Origin: Tubulanus polymorphus
Taxonomy: Eukaryota; Animalia; Nemertea
Reading direction: 5' to 3'
Assembly (NCBI RefSeq): GCF_964204645.1
Contig: NC_134025.1
Coordinates: 12,214,001-12,278,000, forward strand
Length of the DNA: 64,000 bases
Below the pieces are notes generated by a model. The model worked only from the letters and a program-made list of their open reading frames with translations, searched no databases and had not been told where the DNA came from. A program made the translations under genes and the position numbers. How positions within the stretch are numbered: the stretch's first letter is position 1; every line of letters starts with the position of its first letter. Of the stretch, positions 12,097 through 24,520 are shown piece by piece.

Positions 12097-13399
12097 TCAA
12101 AGAGTTAATTTGTCACATGCACGGGACACAGCAGTGAATACGATGACTTCTTTAGGTTGCTGCTTTCCACGTTTCAATTCTCCATCTTGGACATAATATA
12201 TTGGACGAGTGAAGCTAAGCCTTGGACGTATCTTCACTGGAAATGTTAGTTTTACTCCCTGCCCGTGTTTGTCCAAAACATAATACCAATTGACATCCAA
12301 CGATAAATTCTCGAAATCAGCCAATTCGAGACTAATAAATCCTTTTTCGCATGGGTTACCTTTACGATAAAACACCGAACGATAAACATCCAGAGGAAAT
12401 GGAATTGTGATGGTCAAGTTGCCCTCCAATAATTTTGAGCGTATATGCGACATGAAGACATCTGCTACCTCTAATATTTTCGATTGGTCCACAGCAGGAT
12501 TCTTAAAATTGTCAAGAATTTCTTTTGGTATGTGGTGCTTTGGTTCCCATGTACTTTCGTGAAGATTGTAGTGTTGCCAATGGACGAGATACTGAAAATT
12601 AAAGATTTTTCAAAGCATGAATTAAAAAAAAAACAAGAAACTAATAGGCTATCGCTCTTTGTCAAAAGAGGGGTTGAATAGAGTCGTTCAAGACTGTCAC
12701 ATTGTCAATTACCCTTCTTGTCAAAATGGTATGCATGGTCATTGTAAACAGTATTTAAAATGAGTAGGCCTAGGTACCGACTTGACCTGACTCTTAGTCT
12801 TGACACATGGCTTTTAGGACATCTAGATTTAGGCCCGTGACGACCTTACCGACCTATTACATTGTCAATGTACAAAATCTCAAAATCATTTTCTGCCGAC
12901 ATTTTGAGACAGTCGGCAACGCAAAATTTAACATTTTTTCTGAAGCTGGTTCACACTCTGTCAGAATGCCTACTCGACCCGGTAAAAAGTAGCCTAAGCC
13001 TACCTACCCTAGTGTAGTATGGATAGAGGCTGACCGGTATTGTTTTCGTAGGAATGATATATAATAGCTTTTAGAGGGATAGCCTAATTAGGATAGTGGT
13101 GCGATACACGTACATTTTTAGGCTCCTAGGGCAGGCTGTTGTTGTTTAGTTAGGTTGATTTATGAATTTTGTCTAACGAAACTTACTTCCTCGGTTGATT
13201 CCTTGTATGTTATCAGGCGCTTGATTATATACCACCCCTCTAGAATATCCCTGTGCTTTCTTTGTGGTTCTCGTTGATATCTAACAGCTTCTCCATTAGC
13301 TAAGCGTTTAAAGTCGATCTTCTTGTTACGTAAATTGTACGGAGACTGATCGGTCTGATCGCTCGACGCGAGTAACCGGGGTAACCGGGGCGCAGCCAT
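12097..13399 (-). CDS. Two-exon chromodomain protein (~235 aa), exons 13399-13187 and 12591-12097
   Basis: Donor GAA|GTAAGT and acceptor ttttcag|TAT are both phase 0. The join gives GWYIIKRLITYKESTEE-YLVHWQHYNLHESTWEPKHHI, a canonical chromodomain with aromatic-cage Y/W/Y and TWEP. It is in frame with the ORF at 12097-12492. Confidence 0.85.
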
Positions 13400-14439
13400 C
13401 TTTGAACAGCGCGCTCGTAGCGGTGACTGGGAAAATCAATATGCGCCGTATTGTTGGTAATGAAGCAAAATGCTCCAGTAACCCAGGATGAGCAGTAACC
13501 TGGACATCTCTGCTAAAAATCAGCAATTTAACTACTGAATTCTAAGAAATTCAATTTACACCGGCCTAGTTAGAAATAAACAAAATACTACATACTGTGC
13601 CCATGCCACATTCATTTGACCAATTCATTCCTGTCAGGTTTCGACATTTTTGCGAATGCGATTTTATTCTATCATGCTGAAACTCAAAAGCGACGTTTAA
13701 ACACGATTCAAAATATGGTAAAACGGATGATGATACACGAATATTTACAATGAATACGAATAGGAATATTTATTTCACTCCTAACATTCCCATGGTATAT
13801 GGAGGATGTAATGGAGCCAAGGATCAGGGGGAACCAATCCTTAGATAGCTTCCTTTTACTAATTAGTTTCTAATATAAAAAAACAACAGCTATGACAGTG
13901 ACGCAGTGAATTAAAATACTACTAAAGGCTATTTATTTACATATGAATAATATAAACACGTCGGATCTTCGGATCTACTCTATTGGATGACGCATCCATA
14001 CGTGCCACATAGAACGACGATTGCGTACTCACACAGGAACCTTTCTTTACGAAATCGGATCACTCGCGGGCTTCCTTGGAGCACTGACACCAATGACCAT
14101 GAAAAACAAAAACTTCGAATCCGGATTGAGACTCACACATCTAGGCGCGGCGACGATACATTTTACTCACAATAGAATCTCGACTACTACCTGCTACAAG
14201 TTACAAAACATGGCTACTATACTAAAACAAAAGATGGATTGCTCCTACCAAATCTAAGTGCCATCGGCAACGTAATAATACGTAATAGTAAAAAATTAGG
14301 GTGACTCCTAATAATGCCTATGAGTGATAAGTATAATATATAAGTGCTAGACAGAACAGAGGAAAAAACAGTATTTACAATTATTTACATAAACAGTAGT
14401 AAAAGCATTCCAGAGTTGATGTTTCACAGAATTCTGCAA

Positions 14440-14790
14440 ATATTTCCATGAATTCTGAAAATTTGAGGACGCTATTTATTGTCTTGCAATTGCTGTTGGT
14501 CCAACCGATTGAATGGACTTTTTTCACAACTGATAGAATGAATATGTATTGCTTTAGTTACGTTTGTGATTTATCGAATTCCAATCATCTATTGTTCAGC
14601 GTTCCACCTTTACCAGAAATCGCTACAATTTTATCCTTCACTTTTTTACACCAGTTATGTAATAAATGTCATTTTATGTTTTTGATTAAATGCTGGTAGC
14701 ACAATATTTGACTTGATGCGGGGAATGTCTCTTTTACTACCTTGAGCAATGCTTTCGATTCATCTGTTCCGAAAGTCAGGGCCTCAATGT
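14440..14790 (-). pseudogene. MULE/Mutator transposase remnant
   Basis: FGTDESKALLKVVKETFPASSQILCYQHLIKNI (D...CxxH) and GWTNSNCKTINSVLK (catalytic E position mutated). Contains stops. Confidence 0.7.
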
Positions 14791-14989
14791 ATGCCTATTC
14801 TGTCTTTACTTTTTCCGGAGTTATAACAATTAAGATCAGTGTGCGAGATTAATTTCATGTGATATGAACCTTTGTCTACTTTTACTAAGCACCTAGCTCC
14901 CAAAAAATTAAGATCAACTAACTCCGGCAATGGATTAAGGAGCACCTTTAGACCAAACTGTTCTTGAACGCTCGTGTATTCTCGGTTTA

Positions 14990-15345
14990 TTTGGCGACTT
15001 GGCAATCGTCCGGGCTGTAGCCGTATATCTCACTTTCATTAGCCAACTCGACTTCCCACAGCTTTTTCAACATGCTATTCAAATCAGCGCTGTCAGTGAC
15101 TGTGAAATGTAGAAATGCATGCTTACTAACGACGGATCATTTCTTACCAGAACGCCCTACACATGTCCAACCGAGTGTGGCGAACGATCGGGTCACGGTC
15201 GTTATTGAAGGGTTCTTCAATTGAACGGTGTAGTTCTGCATGATGAAGTCCAATAAGCAAGCTGATTTTTGCATTCATCGGTACAGGTGGAAATGCTATG
15301 TCTTTCATATGTGGAAAAGGATTCTTAGCCGCATGATAGAGATAT
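14990..15345 (-). pseudogene. BEL/Pao retrotransposon pol remnant (post-protease region)
   Basis: FPHMKDIAFP...ISLLIG...PIV/TLGWTCVG...LKKLWEVE...SPDD, frameshifted. Confidence 0.65.
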
Positions 15346-15619
15346 GTTTCAGAGTACCAATTTCCTTGCTGTAACGGTCATTTAAACTAGCGAAGGTGAA
15401 TTGAGTGGAAGGTATGGCAGGCAGACCCAACCATATTCATGTTTCATTCCGACAATTCTCTGTTCAGACGAGCGCTGTTGCTATCTCTTCCGAAATATAA
15501 TGTCGGTGCTATAGTCATCTAAGACGATAGTCGTCTAAGATGGCGACTATTTTCATATGATTATTCCCATTAGCAACAATAACTGGTATCGTACGGAGGA
15601 ATATGTTCTATATCGTATG

Positions 15620-17156
15620 GACAAATGTGCAACAAATAAGATGATAGAGTACTCTGAAACCGGAACCAGAATGGTGATGCCCTACTGCTGACCAAACGCG
15701 ACTAGCTTACTCCAAGCCCGTTCATAGGCCTTCGCGGTTTCCATTGTCACGGCCACTGCTAATAGGCGTCTATAGTGGGCTTATACTTTCTGGTAGCCAA
15801 GACTGGGGAATCGGCGTAGGTTGAGGGTAGGCCTATGGCACTTCCACGCAAAATCGACGAAACTGGAACCGAGAAAGTAGGTCGGGTAAAATGTTATATT
15901 TACCGGGTATGTGTTCGCTAATGAAAAAACAATATTATATTTCAAACACACAGAGATCATCATAGCCTTATCTTGTGATGATTGTTTATTAATCACGTGG
16001 ACCACAGATTAGTTATCAGAATTAAAACATATATCGTAAATAAAATCGTTAAGCGATGAGCCTTCTGGGTACGATAGGTGGTGAATAACCCTAAAACCCC
16101 GGACCTTTTAGGACTACTCCTAGGGGCGAAACGTGGGTTGGGGTACCGTGCGGCATGAATGGCGTCTGAAAAGGACCCAGAACTCAACCGTTGAAAGCTC
16201 TTTGCTGACCCTTTCATGGATCACGTCGGGCGCTCCCTAGCGGACTTGAGGTTATCCATGCATTTGGTAGATGAAGGGCCCGTGAAAAAACTGTCTATGC
16301 GAAAACCAGAGGTAAAACCTTGGATAATAATGTCACGATCCTCGGCCTTGTAATCGTGAATGTACTTTCTTAGTTCGGTAAGTTTGACCAGCGTTGGCAA
16401 ATTATGATTTATAGGCCTGGTCGTTATGCTTATATCCACTCGAGGGGCCTGGCGTTTTTTTGACGCGAGCAACAAGCGGCCGAATGTGGGCCTCTGCATA
16501 ACTTGCATTGATGTGCGTATATGCAAGGTTTACGCGAACAGGATGAGGCGGCGCTATTAAATGCGTAGCAGAATTTGACCGCCTGGGCCAAAGATGCCTG
16601 AAAGGGCTGTTTCATGTTATTACTTCGAGTCTTAGCTTCCAACCACAGCTCCCAAATGAATGGTTGAATAGATTTCGCCCTCACCCACTGATCGATTGAC
16701 TTTATGGTTGTAAGCCTAAGTGTCGCTATCGATACGTGAGGCATTTCCTGACCGGGTGCGGGCAGTACGTTAAAGGAGTACGAGGCATCGAGCTTATGTG
16801 AGAGTACCGCAAAGTTGAGCCATTTCCCTGACCAAATAGTTTCTTTAATTTTATCCGGCACTAACGCATCTAATGCTACCGCAGAAGATAGGAGAAAGCC
16901 CGGTCCGCTCAACTGCGGTTGTTGAGGAATACCCATACTATCGGGTGCAATATAAGGAGATATCCCTGCTTCCGGCGTTTCCAGATCCAGAGCCTGTGGG
17001 ACGGTCTCCTGTTGAGGCGTATTTGTAGCGGTGTTTGCAGGGATGGCATGATTGACCTGAGGTAACAAAGAGACTGCTCTTTCGAGCGTCTCCAGAAGGC
17101 AGTCTGCCCGAGCCTCCTTCTGTATGCCCATTATACACAATGCAGCTATTATTTCT
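15620..17156 (-). mobile_element. DIRS/Ngaro tyrosine-recombinase retroelement fragment, copy 1 (internally deleted)
   Basis: Gag (VPDKIKETIWSGKW; CYAFN..C....C.YAH.C..C..PH), RT N-terminus (IQGFTSGFRI..NLKSA), RNase H end (VHVINKQSS; HIPGKYNILPDLLSR) and YR N-terminus (TAKAYERAW..FVAHL). Confidence 0.8.
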
Positions 17157-18693
17157 GACAAATGTGCAACAAATAAGATGATAGAGTACTCTGAAACCGG
17201 AACCAGAATGGTGATGCCCTACTGCTGACCAAACGCGACTAGCTTACTCCAAGCCCGTTCATAGGCCTTCGCGGTTTCCATTGTCACGGCCACTGCTAAT
17301 AGGCGTCTATAGTGGGCTTATACTTTCTGGTAGCCAAGACTGGGGAATCGGCGTAGGTTGAGGGTAGGCCTATGGCACTTCCACGCAAAATCGACGAAAC
17401 TGGAACCGAGAAAGTAGGTCGGGTAAAATGTTATATTTACCGGGTATGTGTTCGCTAATGAAAAAACAATATTATATTTCAAACACACAGAGATCATCAT
17501 AGCCTTATCTTGTGATGATTGTTTATTAATCACGTGGACCACAGATTAGTTATCAGAATTAAAACATATATCGTAAATAAAATCGTTAAGCGATGAGCCT
17601 TCTGGGTACGATAGGTGGTGAATAACCCTAAAACCCCGGACCTTTTAGGACTACTCCTAGGGGCGAAACGTGGGTTGGGGTACCGTGCGGCATGAATGGC
17701 GTCTGAAAAGGACCCAGAACTCAACCGTTGAAAGCTCTTTGCTGACCCTTTCATGGATCACGTCGGGCGCTCCCTAGCGGACTTGAGGTTATCCATGCAT
17801 TTGGTAGATGAAGGGCCCGTGAAAAAACTGTCTATGCGAAAACCAGAGGTAAAACCTTGGATAATAATGTCACGATCCTCGGCCTTGTAATCGTGAATGT
17901 ACTTTCTTAGTTCGGCAAGTTTGACCAGCGTTGGCAAATTATGATTTATAGGCCTGGTCGTTATGCTTATATCCACTCGAGGGGCCTGGCGTTTTTTTGA
18001 CGCGAGCAACAAGCGGCCGAATGTGGGCCTCTGCATAACTTGCATTGATGTGCGTATATGCAAGGTTTACGCGAACAGGATGAGGCGGCGCTATTAAATG
18101 CGTAGCAGAATTTGACCGCCTGGGCCAAAGATGCCTGAAAGGGCTGTTTCATGTTATTACTTCGAGTCTTAGCTTCCAACCACAGCTCCCAAATGAATGG
18201 TTGAATAGATTTCGCCCTCACCCACTGATCGATTGACTTTATGGTTGTAAGCCTAAGTGTCGCTATCGATACGTGAGGCATTTCCTGACCGGGTGCGGGC
18301 AGTACGTTAAAGGAGTACGAGGCATCGAGCTTATGTGAGAGTACCGCAAAGTTGAGCCATTTCCCTGACCAAATAGTTTCTTTAATTTTATCCGGCACTA
18401 ACGCATCTAATGCTACCGCAGAAGATAGGAGAAAGCCCGGTCCGCTCAACTGCGGTTGTTGAGGAATACCCATACTATCGGGTGCAATATAAGGAGATAT
18501 CCCTGCTTCCGGCGTTTCCAGATCCAGAGCCTGTGGGACGGTCTCCTGTTGAGGCGTATTTGTAGCGGTGTTTGCAGGGATGGCATGATTGACCTGAGGT
18601 AACAAAGAGACTGCTCTTTCGAGCGTCTCCAGAAGGCAGTCTGCCCGAGCCTCCTTCTGTATGCCCATTATACACAATGCAGCTATTATTTCT
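17157..18693 (-). mobile_element. DIRS/Ngaro fragment, copy 2 (head-to-tail duplicate, period 1537 bp)
   Basis: The same ORF set is shifted by 1537 bp. One substitution seen (LTEL vs LAEL). Confidence 0.85.
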
Positions 18694-20287
18694 AACCCTA
18701 TGAAATGGTTATCTACAGAGACTTTATAGTTTTTTATTCAGGAAGTTTGTGACACAGCTTCTTCTCATATCCACCAACTCTTCTGAATGCACACTGCCAC
18801 CAACCTGCTAGACATCTAAGTTGTATAATATTTCAGAGCCATCTTCTTATCAACTGAGTTGATCTGTGGTTTGACTTTCGAGATAATTGTGTCTTAAAGC
18901 ATCTTGCAACTGCAGTATTTTCCAAACCTTATCTTTTTTCTGTTTATCTCTGCCCGTTTGGTTACTGGTACAGTGCAGAGTGGTACCTAGATAATATATT
19001 TTTTCTGTGATATTACATTATCAGCAATCTGGGCTAATTGCTACATCCTCATTGATTTATTTTTACCAGCCCCATCAGTAGGTATATCCCTAACAATTGC
19101 TCCAACTCTCCGACAGTCAAATTTGTAATAGTTGTGTTAGGTCACGTCTAGCAAGCTCATGTATTTGTCAACTGGATGATGTCATCAACTGTAAGTTTAA
19201 GCATTTAGTGACAAAACCTAACTTTATGGTGTCCAAATTTAAGCCTGGTCGACGAATGAAGCTGATTTTCTGTATGATACAGTAGCACTATAGTTTCAAT
19301 GCTTGATGTTTCTTAATGAACGAGCTTGCAGACATGAGCTGGAGGCTCCTGCTCCACTCCTTTATCAAACGTTGGATCCACAGCCGCCCAACCGTCTTCT
19401 AAATCTCTTTGGTCCCTGAGGTTGACTGGAGAGGGTCCACGGCTATCTAGTGCATTATCCCCAAACACTGGACCCTAGCAATAAAACCTAGGAATTACTG
19501 CTTGCGCTTCAAAGATAGTGCTTTTTAATGCGATCTTTGTCATGACAATCCTGCCCTCTTGATAGGATAGTATCTCTCTTGATAGGATAGTATCTTAGAC
19601 TCAGCAATTTGGATGGAGTGGAGGGCATCCCAAAATTCACTGGAATTGGATATCGAGAGTGAACCACAGGGTCCTAAATGTGTATTTGGAACCACCTTGA
19701 AAATTGTTGAAACACTTAATAATGATAACACCCCAATTGGGTCACTCATTTGAGTCATCGCTAGCTTCGGGTCCTGGCTGTTGACAACCAATTATGTTAA
19801 TTCTCATTTGTATAGTGCAAAACAACACCACATCCATGTTTCAATTGGCTTGGGGTAAGGAGCAGTATGTACAGATCTGTTCCGAGATTTGTCAAGGGCA
19901 ATGGCCTGTTATTTGTCACTGCCTGAATTTCTCTAGTGAGTGTTATCTTTGAAATGTATAAATTACTTCCCTTAGACCATTTTATGGTTGATTTGCAAAT
20001 CCTGGTTATTCCTGTAGACTCTGTCGTGTGTGAATGCTTTTAATTTGTCACCCCCTCCGTGGAAGACTTTGTTAACCTGGAAATCTGGTTAATCATAGCA
20101 TTTAAGTGATCCAGTACTTTTCCTCAGTTGAGTCCTTGTTGATCTTATCCCATAATAATCCATAGTTTTGTTGGCATGCCTTATTAGTAGTGTGCTTACA
20201 GGTGAATTTGCTGGTGCAATAGACTCCAGTTGCCTCTGAGGCGACTGTCTCGGATAATCGGATGCCTCGGATCAAAAATAAATACCC

Positions 20288-21327
20288 TTTTTAGCCGACT
20301 TGGGACTAAAGTCCCAGCGGGCTTGCGTACAGTTTTCGTCCGTTGTCCGTCCATCTGTCCATCCGTTCGCCTGTAGACGGAATCCAGTTATTTTGGGAAG
20401 TTTTTTGAAAAGACACTTCAATGTAATGTCTTGATATTTGGGTTACACATGTACCTAACCTAGACACATCTTCAGACCTCTGGCCCTGTCAGATTCAAGA
20501 TGGCCAACTGGCAACCATTGTTGTTCGCCAAAATCAGCACTTTTTACACATTTTTCATGGGAAATTTCGAGGGAAATTTTGAAGACAATTCAATCAATTA
20601 TCTTGATCTTTTGTAGGTATTTGTATCCCCCCCCGGGCCCATCAGCATAAGAAAAGTTGTGTCGATCGGACTCGTGATGGCTGTCCTGTGGCTTTTTTGT
20701 GACCAAAAATGTCACTTTTGGCCCGAATTCTGAGTCCTGTAGCTTCCTACAGGTTTGCCATTTTTCATTGAAATTTGTGGTGGCTATTCTATGGAAAAGG
20801 ATCTTTAATACCTAAGACAGATATTTTAGATCTGTCAGTTTAGATCAGACCAATTATCATGCAACTGGCCGCCATCTTGGTGTCATCAGTACTCATTCGT
20901 AGGTGGAAAAAAGTTTTTCCGCATTATATTGATACCTAAGCGTATTTTGTTACCACAATCATTTGCAATCAATGATTATATTCGTACATATGCATATTTT
21001 GTTACGACAATCAATTGCAAAATTCTATGATGACATGTTCTATGATTGTGGTGAGTGTCAAGGTCATTTGGGTTTGCATATGGTCACCAGGGGGCGTTGA
21101 ATAGTATAATAACTTAGTATTTCCATATTATATTGGTACCAAGGCATATATTGTTATCTCAATCAATTGCAAAATTGTAGCTGCTGACATGTTCTTTGAT
21201 TGTGGTGAGTTTCTAGGTTATTGTATTTTTATATGGTCATCAGGGGGCGTTGAATATTGAAATTGTTAGATTGTTAAGCATTTGAAACCCTTTCCAAGTG
21301 GGCATTGTGTCCCTGGACCCCTACTTT
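20288..21327 (+). mobile_element. Complete Helentron-associated non-autonomous element (HINE-like), family 1
   Basis: 5' T-run and hairpin gccgacttggga..tcccagcgggc, then a (GTCC)-like microsatellite, ~154-bp internal repeats, 3' subTIR tccaagtgggc, short hairpin and T-run. Confidence 0.75.
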
Positions 21328-21499
21328 CTGTTACGCATTCTCAATTAGAATATATCGCTTGACTCAGGGCGGATCAGGGCGGATTATCGTTCAACTCGGA
21401 GGTTTCTATTGGAACAAACGTTCTTTTCTTTCTCGGACGCTGAGAGCACTTCATAAAATTTTTTTTTTTAATGGTTCATTCTGAGTATCGACGGGTACA

Positions 21500-23178
21500 T
21501 GTATTATATTTCCGACAGTGATCAGATTTACATTCTACAGTACCGTTTTATTTTCGTTCATACATTCAATCACACACATAGTACTCTACCACTTTGAATA
21601 TCTTTCACCGACTAAACTTTATTACACACTATGTTAACAGGGTCATGATACGTGTCATGTTAAGTTTACATGGTTAACACCCCCACTTAAACTTTAATTC
21701 ATGTACACAATATTTTTTACTACAATTCTAATTATAAAACTAAGATAATAATTTCCTTAATAATCTTGTATATAATGTCTCAATATAGTTCAATATAATT
21801 CATACAGAAAACACTTTTGTCAAAAACTGTAATTTTGTTTTCGACACTGGCTTAGTAAGAACATCTGCTAAGTTTTCCTCTGATGGTACGTACTCTAGTT
21901 TTACAACCCCCATTCGTACTTCTTTTCTTATGAAGTGATACCTGATATCGATATGCTTGGATCTCTGATGTTGTACAGGATTGTTTGCTAAAGCTAGTGC
22001 ACCTTGATTATCGCCATACAGCAGCAAAGAATCTACATCAAAGTTCAAGTCTTTTAACAATTGTAGTAGGAACTTCCCCTCGCATATAGCTGATGCTAAA
22101 GGCATGTATTCCACTTCACATGTTGACAATGCAACAGTTGGTTGTTTTCGACTCTTCCAGGAAATGAATGAACTTTCCCCTGATAAACCAAAACAATAAC
22201 CTGTAACACTGCGTCTATCAGCTGCAGCACCCCAGTCTGCATCACAGTAACCAACTAACGATAAACTTTCTGACCTTATGAAAGTCAGACATTGATTCCT
22301 TGTGCCCTTCAAATAACGTAATACACGCTTTGCCATGCTCAGATAGAGTTCAATAGGGCAAGACATGTACTGAGATAACAAAGTTACTACCAAACACAAA
22401 TCTGGTCTGGTAGCTGTCATGATGTAAATTAGACTACCAATTATTTCTTGATACAATTTCAACTCACTGCCTTGCAATAAATTTGACTGAACTACAATCT
22501 TATTGTCCCCTATTTCACAAGGGGTTGATCTCGGTTTACAATTTTCCATCGAGAATCTGGAGAGAATTTTGTCAATATACGGTGACTGACTCATAGATAT
22601 GTAATCTTTTTCGCATTCAAATCTGATACCTAGGAACCATGATAACTTTCCGAGATCTTTCATTTGGAATCTTCTACAAAGACATTGTTTTATATCATCC
22701 AACATACGGTAATCAGTTGTAGCGAAAATGATATCATCTACCCAGATGAGTAGTATTATAATTGACTCTTCAGTGAACTTCATATATACACAATAATCAG
22801 TTCGAGACTGTGTGAACCCTTCATTTATCAAATATTTATGCAATGTTCGATTCCAATTATGACCGCTTTGTTTTAAGCCATACAGCGATTTCTGTAATTT
22901 ACAGACTAAAATTTCACCGTTTTCACCTTTAACAGAATAACCTTCCGGTCATGTTTCTGATCATCGAATTTTACACATCTAACCCTCTTTATAGCTCTAG
23001 TTTCTGGATAGTATACTAGGTACGCAGGACTACCTTTATCGTAACCTATAAATACACCTTTTTCTGACCTAGGGTCAAGCTTTCGTTTGTGTTGAACATA
23101 TGCATAACATGGTGCCCCAAAAACATGCATGTGACTCAAATTTGGCTTTCGACCAGTTAGCATTTCATATGGGGTCTG
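21500..23178 (-). mobile_element. Ty1/copia LTR retrotransposon 3' remnant (integrase C-term/SH3, internally deleted RT, RNase H, PPT, 3' LTR)
   Basis: KLDPRSEKGVFIGY, KSLYGLKQSG, LIWVDDII, GYCDADW, STCEVEY, SKHIDIRYHFIR and ADVLTK. PPT gtggggg followed by LTR start TGTTAAC at 21679. The distal LTR end was not resolved. Confidence 0.9.
21800..22843 (-). CDS. copia RT/RNase H partial ORF
   Basis: 347-aa open frame with WVDD and the RNase H motifs. The RT N-terminus is deleted. Confidence 0.8.
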   Translation of the reverse strand: MHKYLINEGFTQSRTDYCVYMKFTEESIIILLIWVDDIIFATTDYRMLDDIKQCLCRRFQMKDLGKLSWFLGIRFECEKDYISMSQSPYIDKILSRFSMENCKPRSTPCEIGDNKIVVQSNLLQGSELKLYQEIIGSLIYIMTATRPDLCLVVTLLSQYMSCPIELYLSMAKRVLRYLKGTRNQCLTFIRSESLSLVGYCDADWGAAADRRSVTGYCFGLSGESSFISWKSRKQPTVALSTCEVEYMPLASAICEGKFLLQLLKDLNFDVDSLLLYGDNQGALALANNPVQHQRSKHIDIRYHFIRKEVRMGVVKLEYVPSEENLADVLTKPVSKTKLQFLTKVFSV

Positions 23179-24520
23179 GTACGATAGAAAATGCATGACA
23201 TGAAAATGACTGTAACGGAATATTCCTACAATGAAAACATGGGAATAATCCACTATTAGAAAATACTAGAAATGGCACAACCTGATAAAACAAGAACTGG
23301 AGAATGTAGGAACGTACACACTGGATTATAAAATAATAATCCAATAGTGGAATATACAAGAAATACCCCTTACTGGAAAATACAGGAAATTGAAAATGTA
23401 GGAATTTCCTGAATATTCCAGTTCCTGCAAAGTGTGATGCATGTTTTTCCGGCATTTTCCTGTTCTTGTACTTTCCAGTTCTTGTTCATTATTGATGTGC
23501 ACATTCTTGTAATTTCATGTCATGCTTTTTCTAGTTCTTGTTTTTTCATGTTGTTCATTTTCAGCATCCTACTGTCTATCGCTGAATGTGCACAACATGA
23601 AAATACAAGAATCCATTAATGATCTTTATATAGAAATTTCGGGATTTCATCCAGTTTTCAATAAATAATTAATGACAAATGGCCTATAAACATTTGCAAA
23701 AGCAAAAATCATCCACGAAATTATTTATGGTAAAACAATACTTCATGTTTAACCCTTCAAACCAGCCGTGCTATGACTTTTTTGTGCCCAAAAATGTCAA
23801 TTTTGGTCTGAATTTTTCATTGCAATTTGTGATAGGTATTCTTTGGAAAGGGATCTTTTTGATCAACCAATTATCACGCAATTGGTGGCCATCTTGGTGT
23901 CATCAGTACTCAATCATAGGTTGTAAAAAGTATTTCCACATTATATTGATACCTAAGCATATTTTGTTACCGCAATCAATTGGAAAGATGTAGCTCATAG
24001 CATAGCACGTAGCTCAGTTCTATGTTACTCGTGAGTTTCAAGGTCATTGGTTTTTGTATATGGTCACCAGGGGGCATTGAATGTTACACTAACTTAGTAT
24101 TTTCATATTGTTTTCTTACCTATGCATATTTTGTTACCATAATCAGTGCAAAGTTGAAGCTCATGACATTGGCTATGAGTGTGGTGAGTTTCAAGGTCGT
24201 TAGTCATTCCATATGGTCACCAGGGGCGTTGAATAGTAGAATAACTTAGAATTTCCTTATTATATTGGTACCTAGGCATATTTTGTTACCATGATCATTT
24301 GCAAAGTTGTAGCTCACGACATGTTCTCTGATTGTGGTGAGTTTCAAGGTCATTGGGTTTTGCCTATGGTCACCAGGGGGTGTTGAATAGTAGAATAAGT
24401 ATTTCCTTATTATTTTAGTACCTAGGCATATTCTATCACAATCTATTACAAAATTGTAGCTGCCGACATGTTCTATGATTGTGGTGAGTTTCAAGGTCAT
24501 TGGTTTTTGTTTATGGTCAC

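Noticed and set aside
12097-12591. Partner gene as a RAG2-like protein
   Set aside because: No kelch repeats or PHD cysteines. It is a chromodomain protein and is co-oriented, not convergent.
13591-13599. CACAGTA on the minus strand as an RSS/Transib-like terminus of the RAG1-like element
   Set aside because: No nonamer at 12/23 spacing and no matching inverted partner or TSD found left of the transposase. The element ends remain undefined.
13800-14400. Possible solo LTR (also ~7120-7860)
   Set aside because: LTR-like composition, but no paired termini, TSD or second copy could be established.
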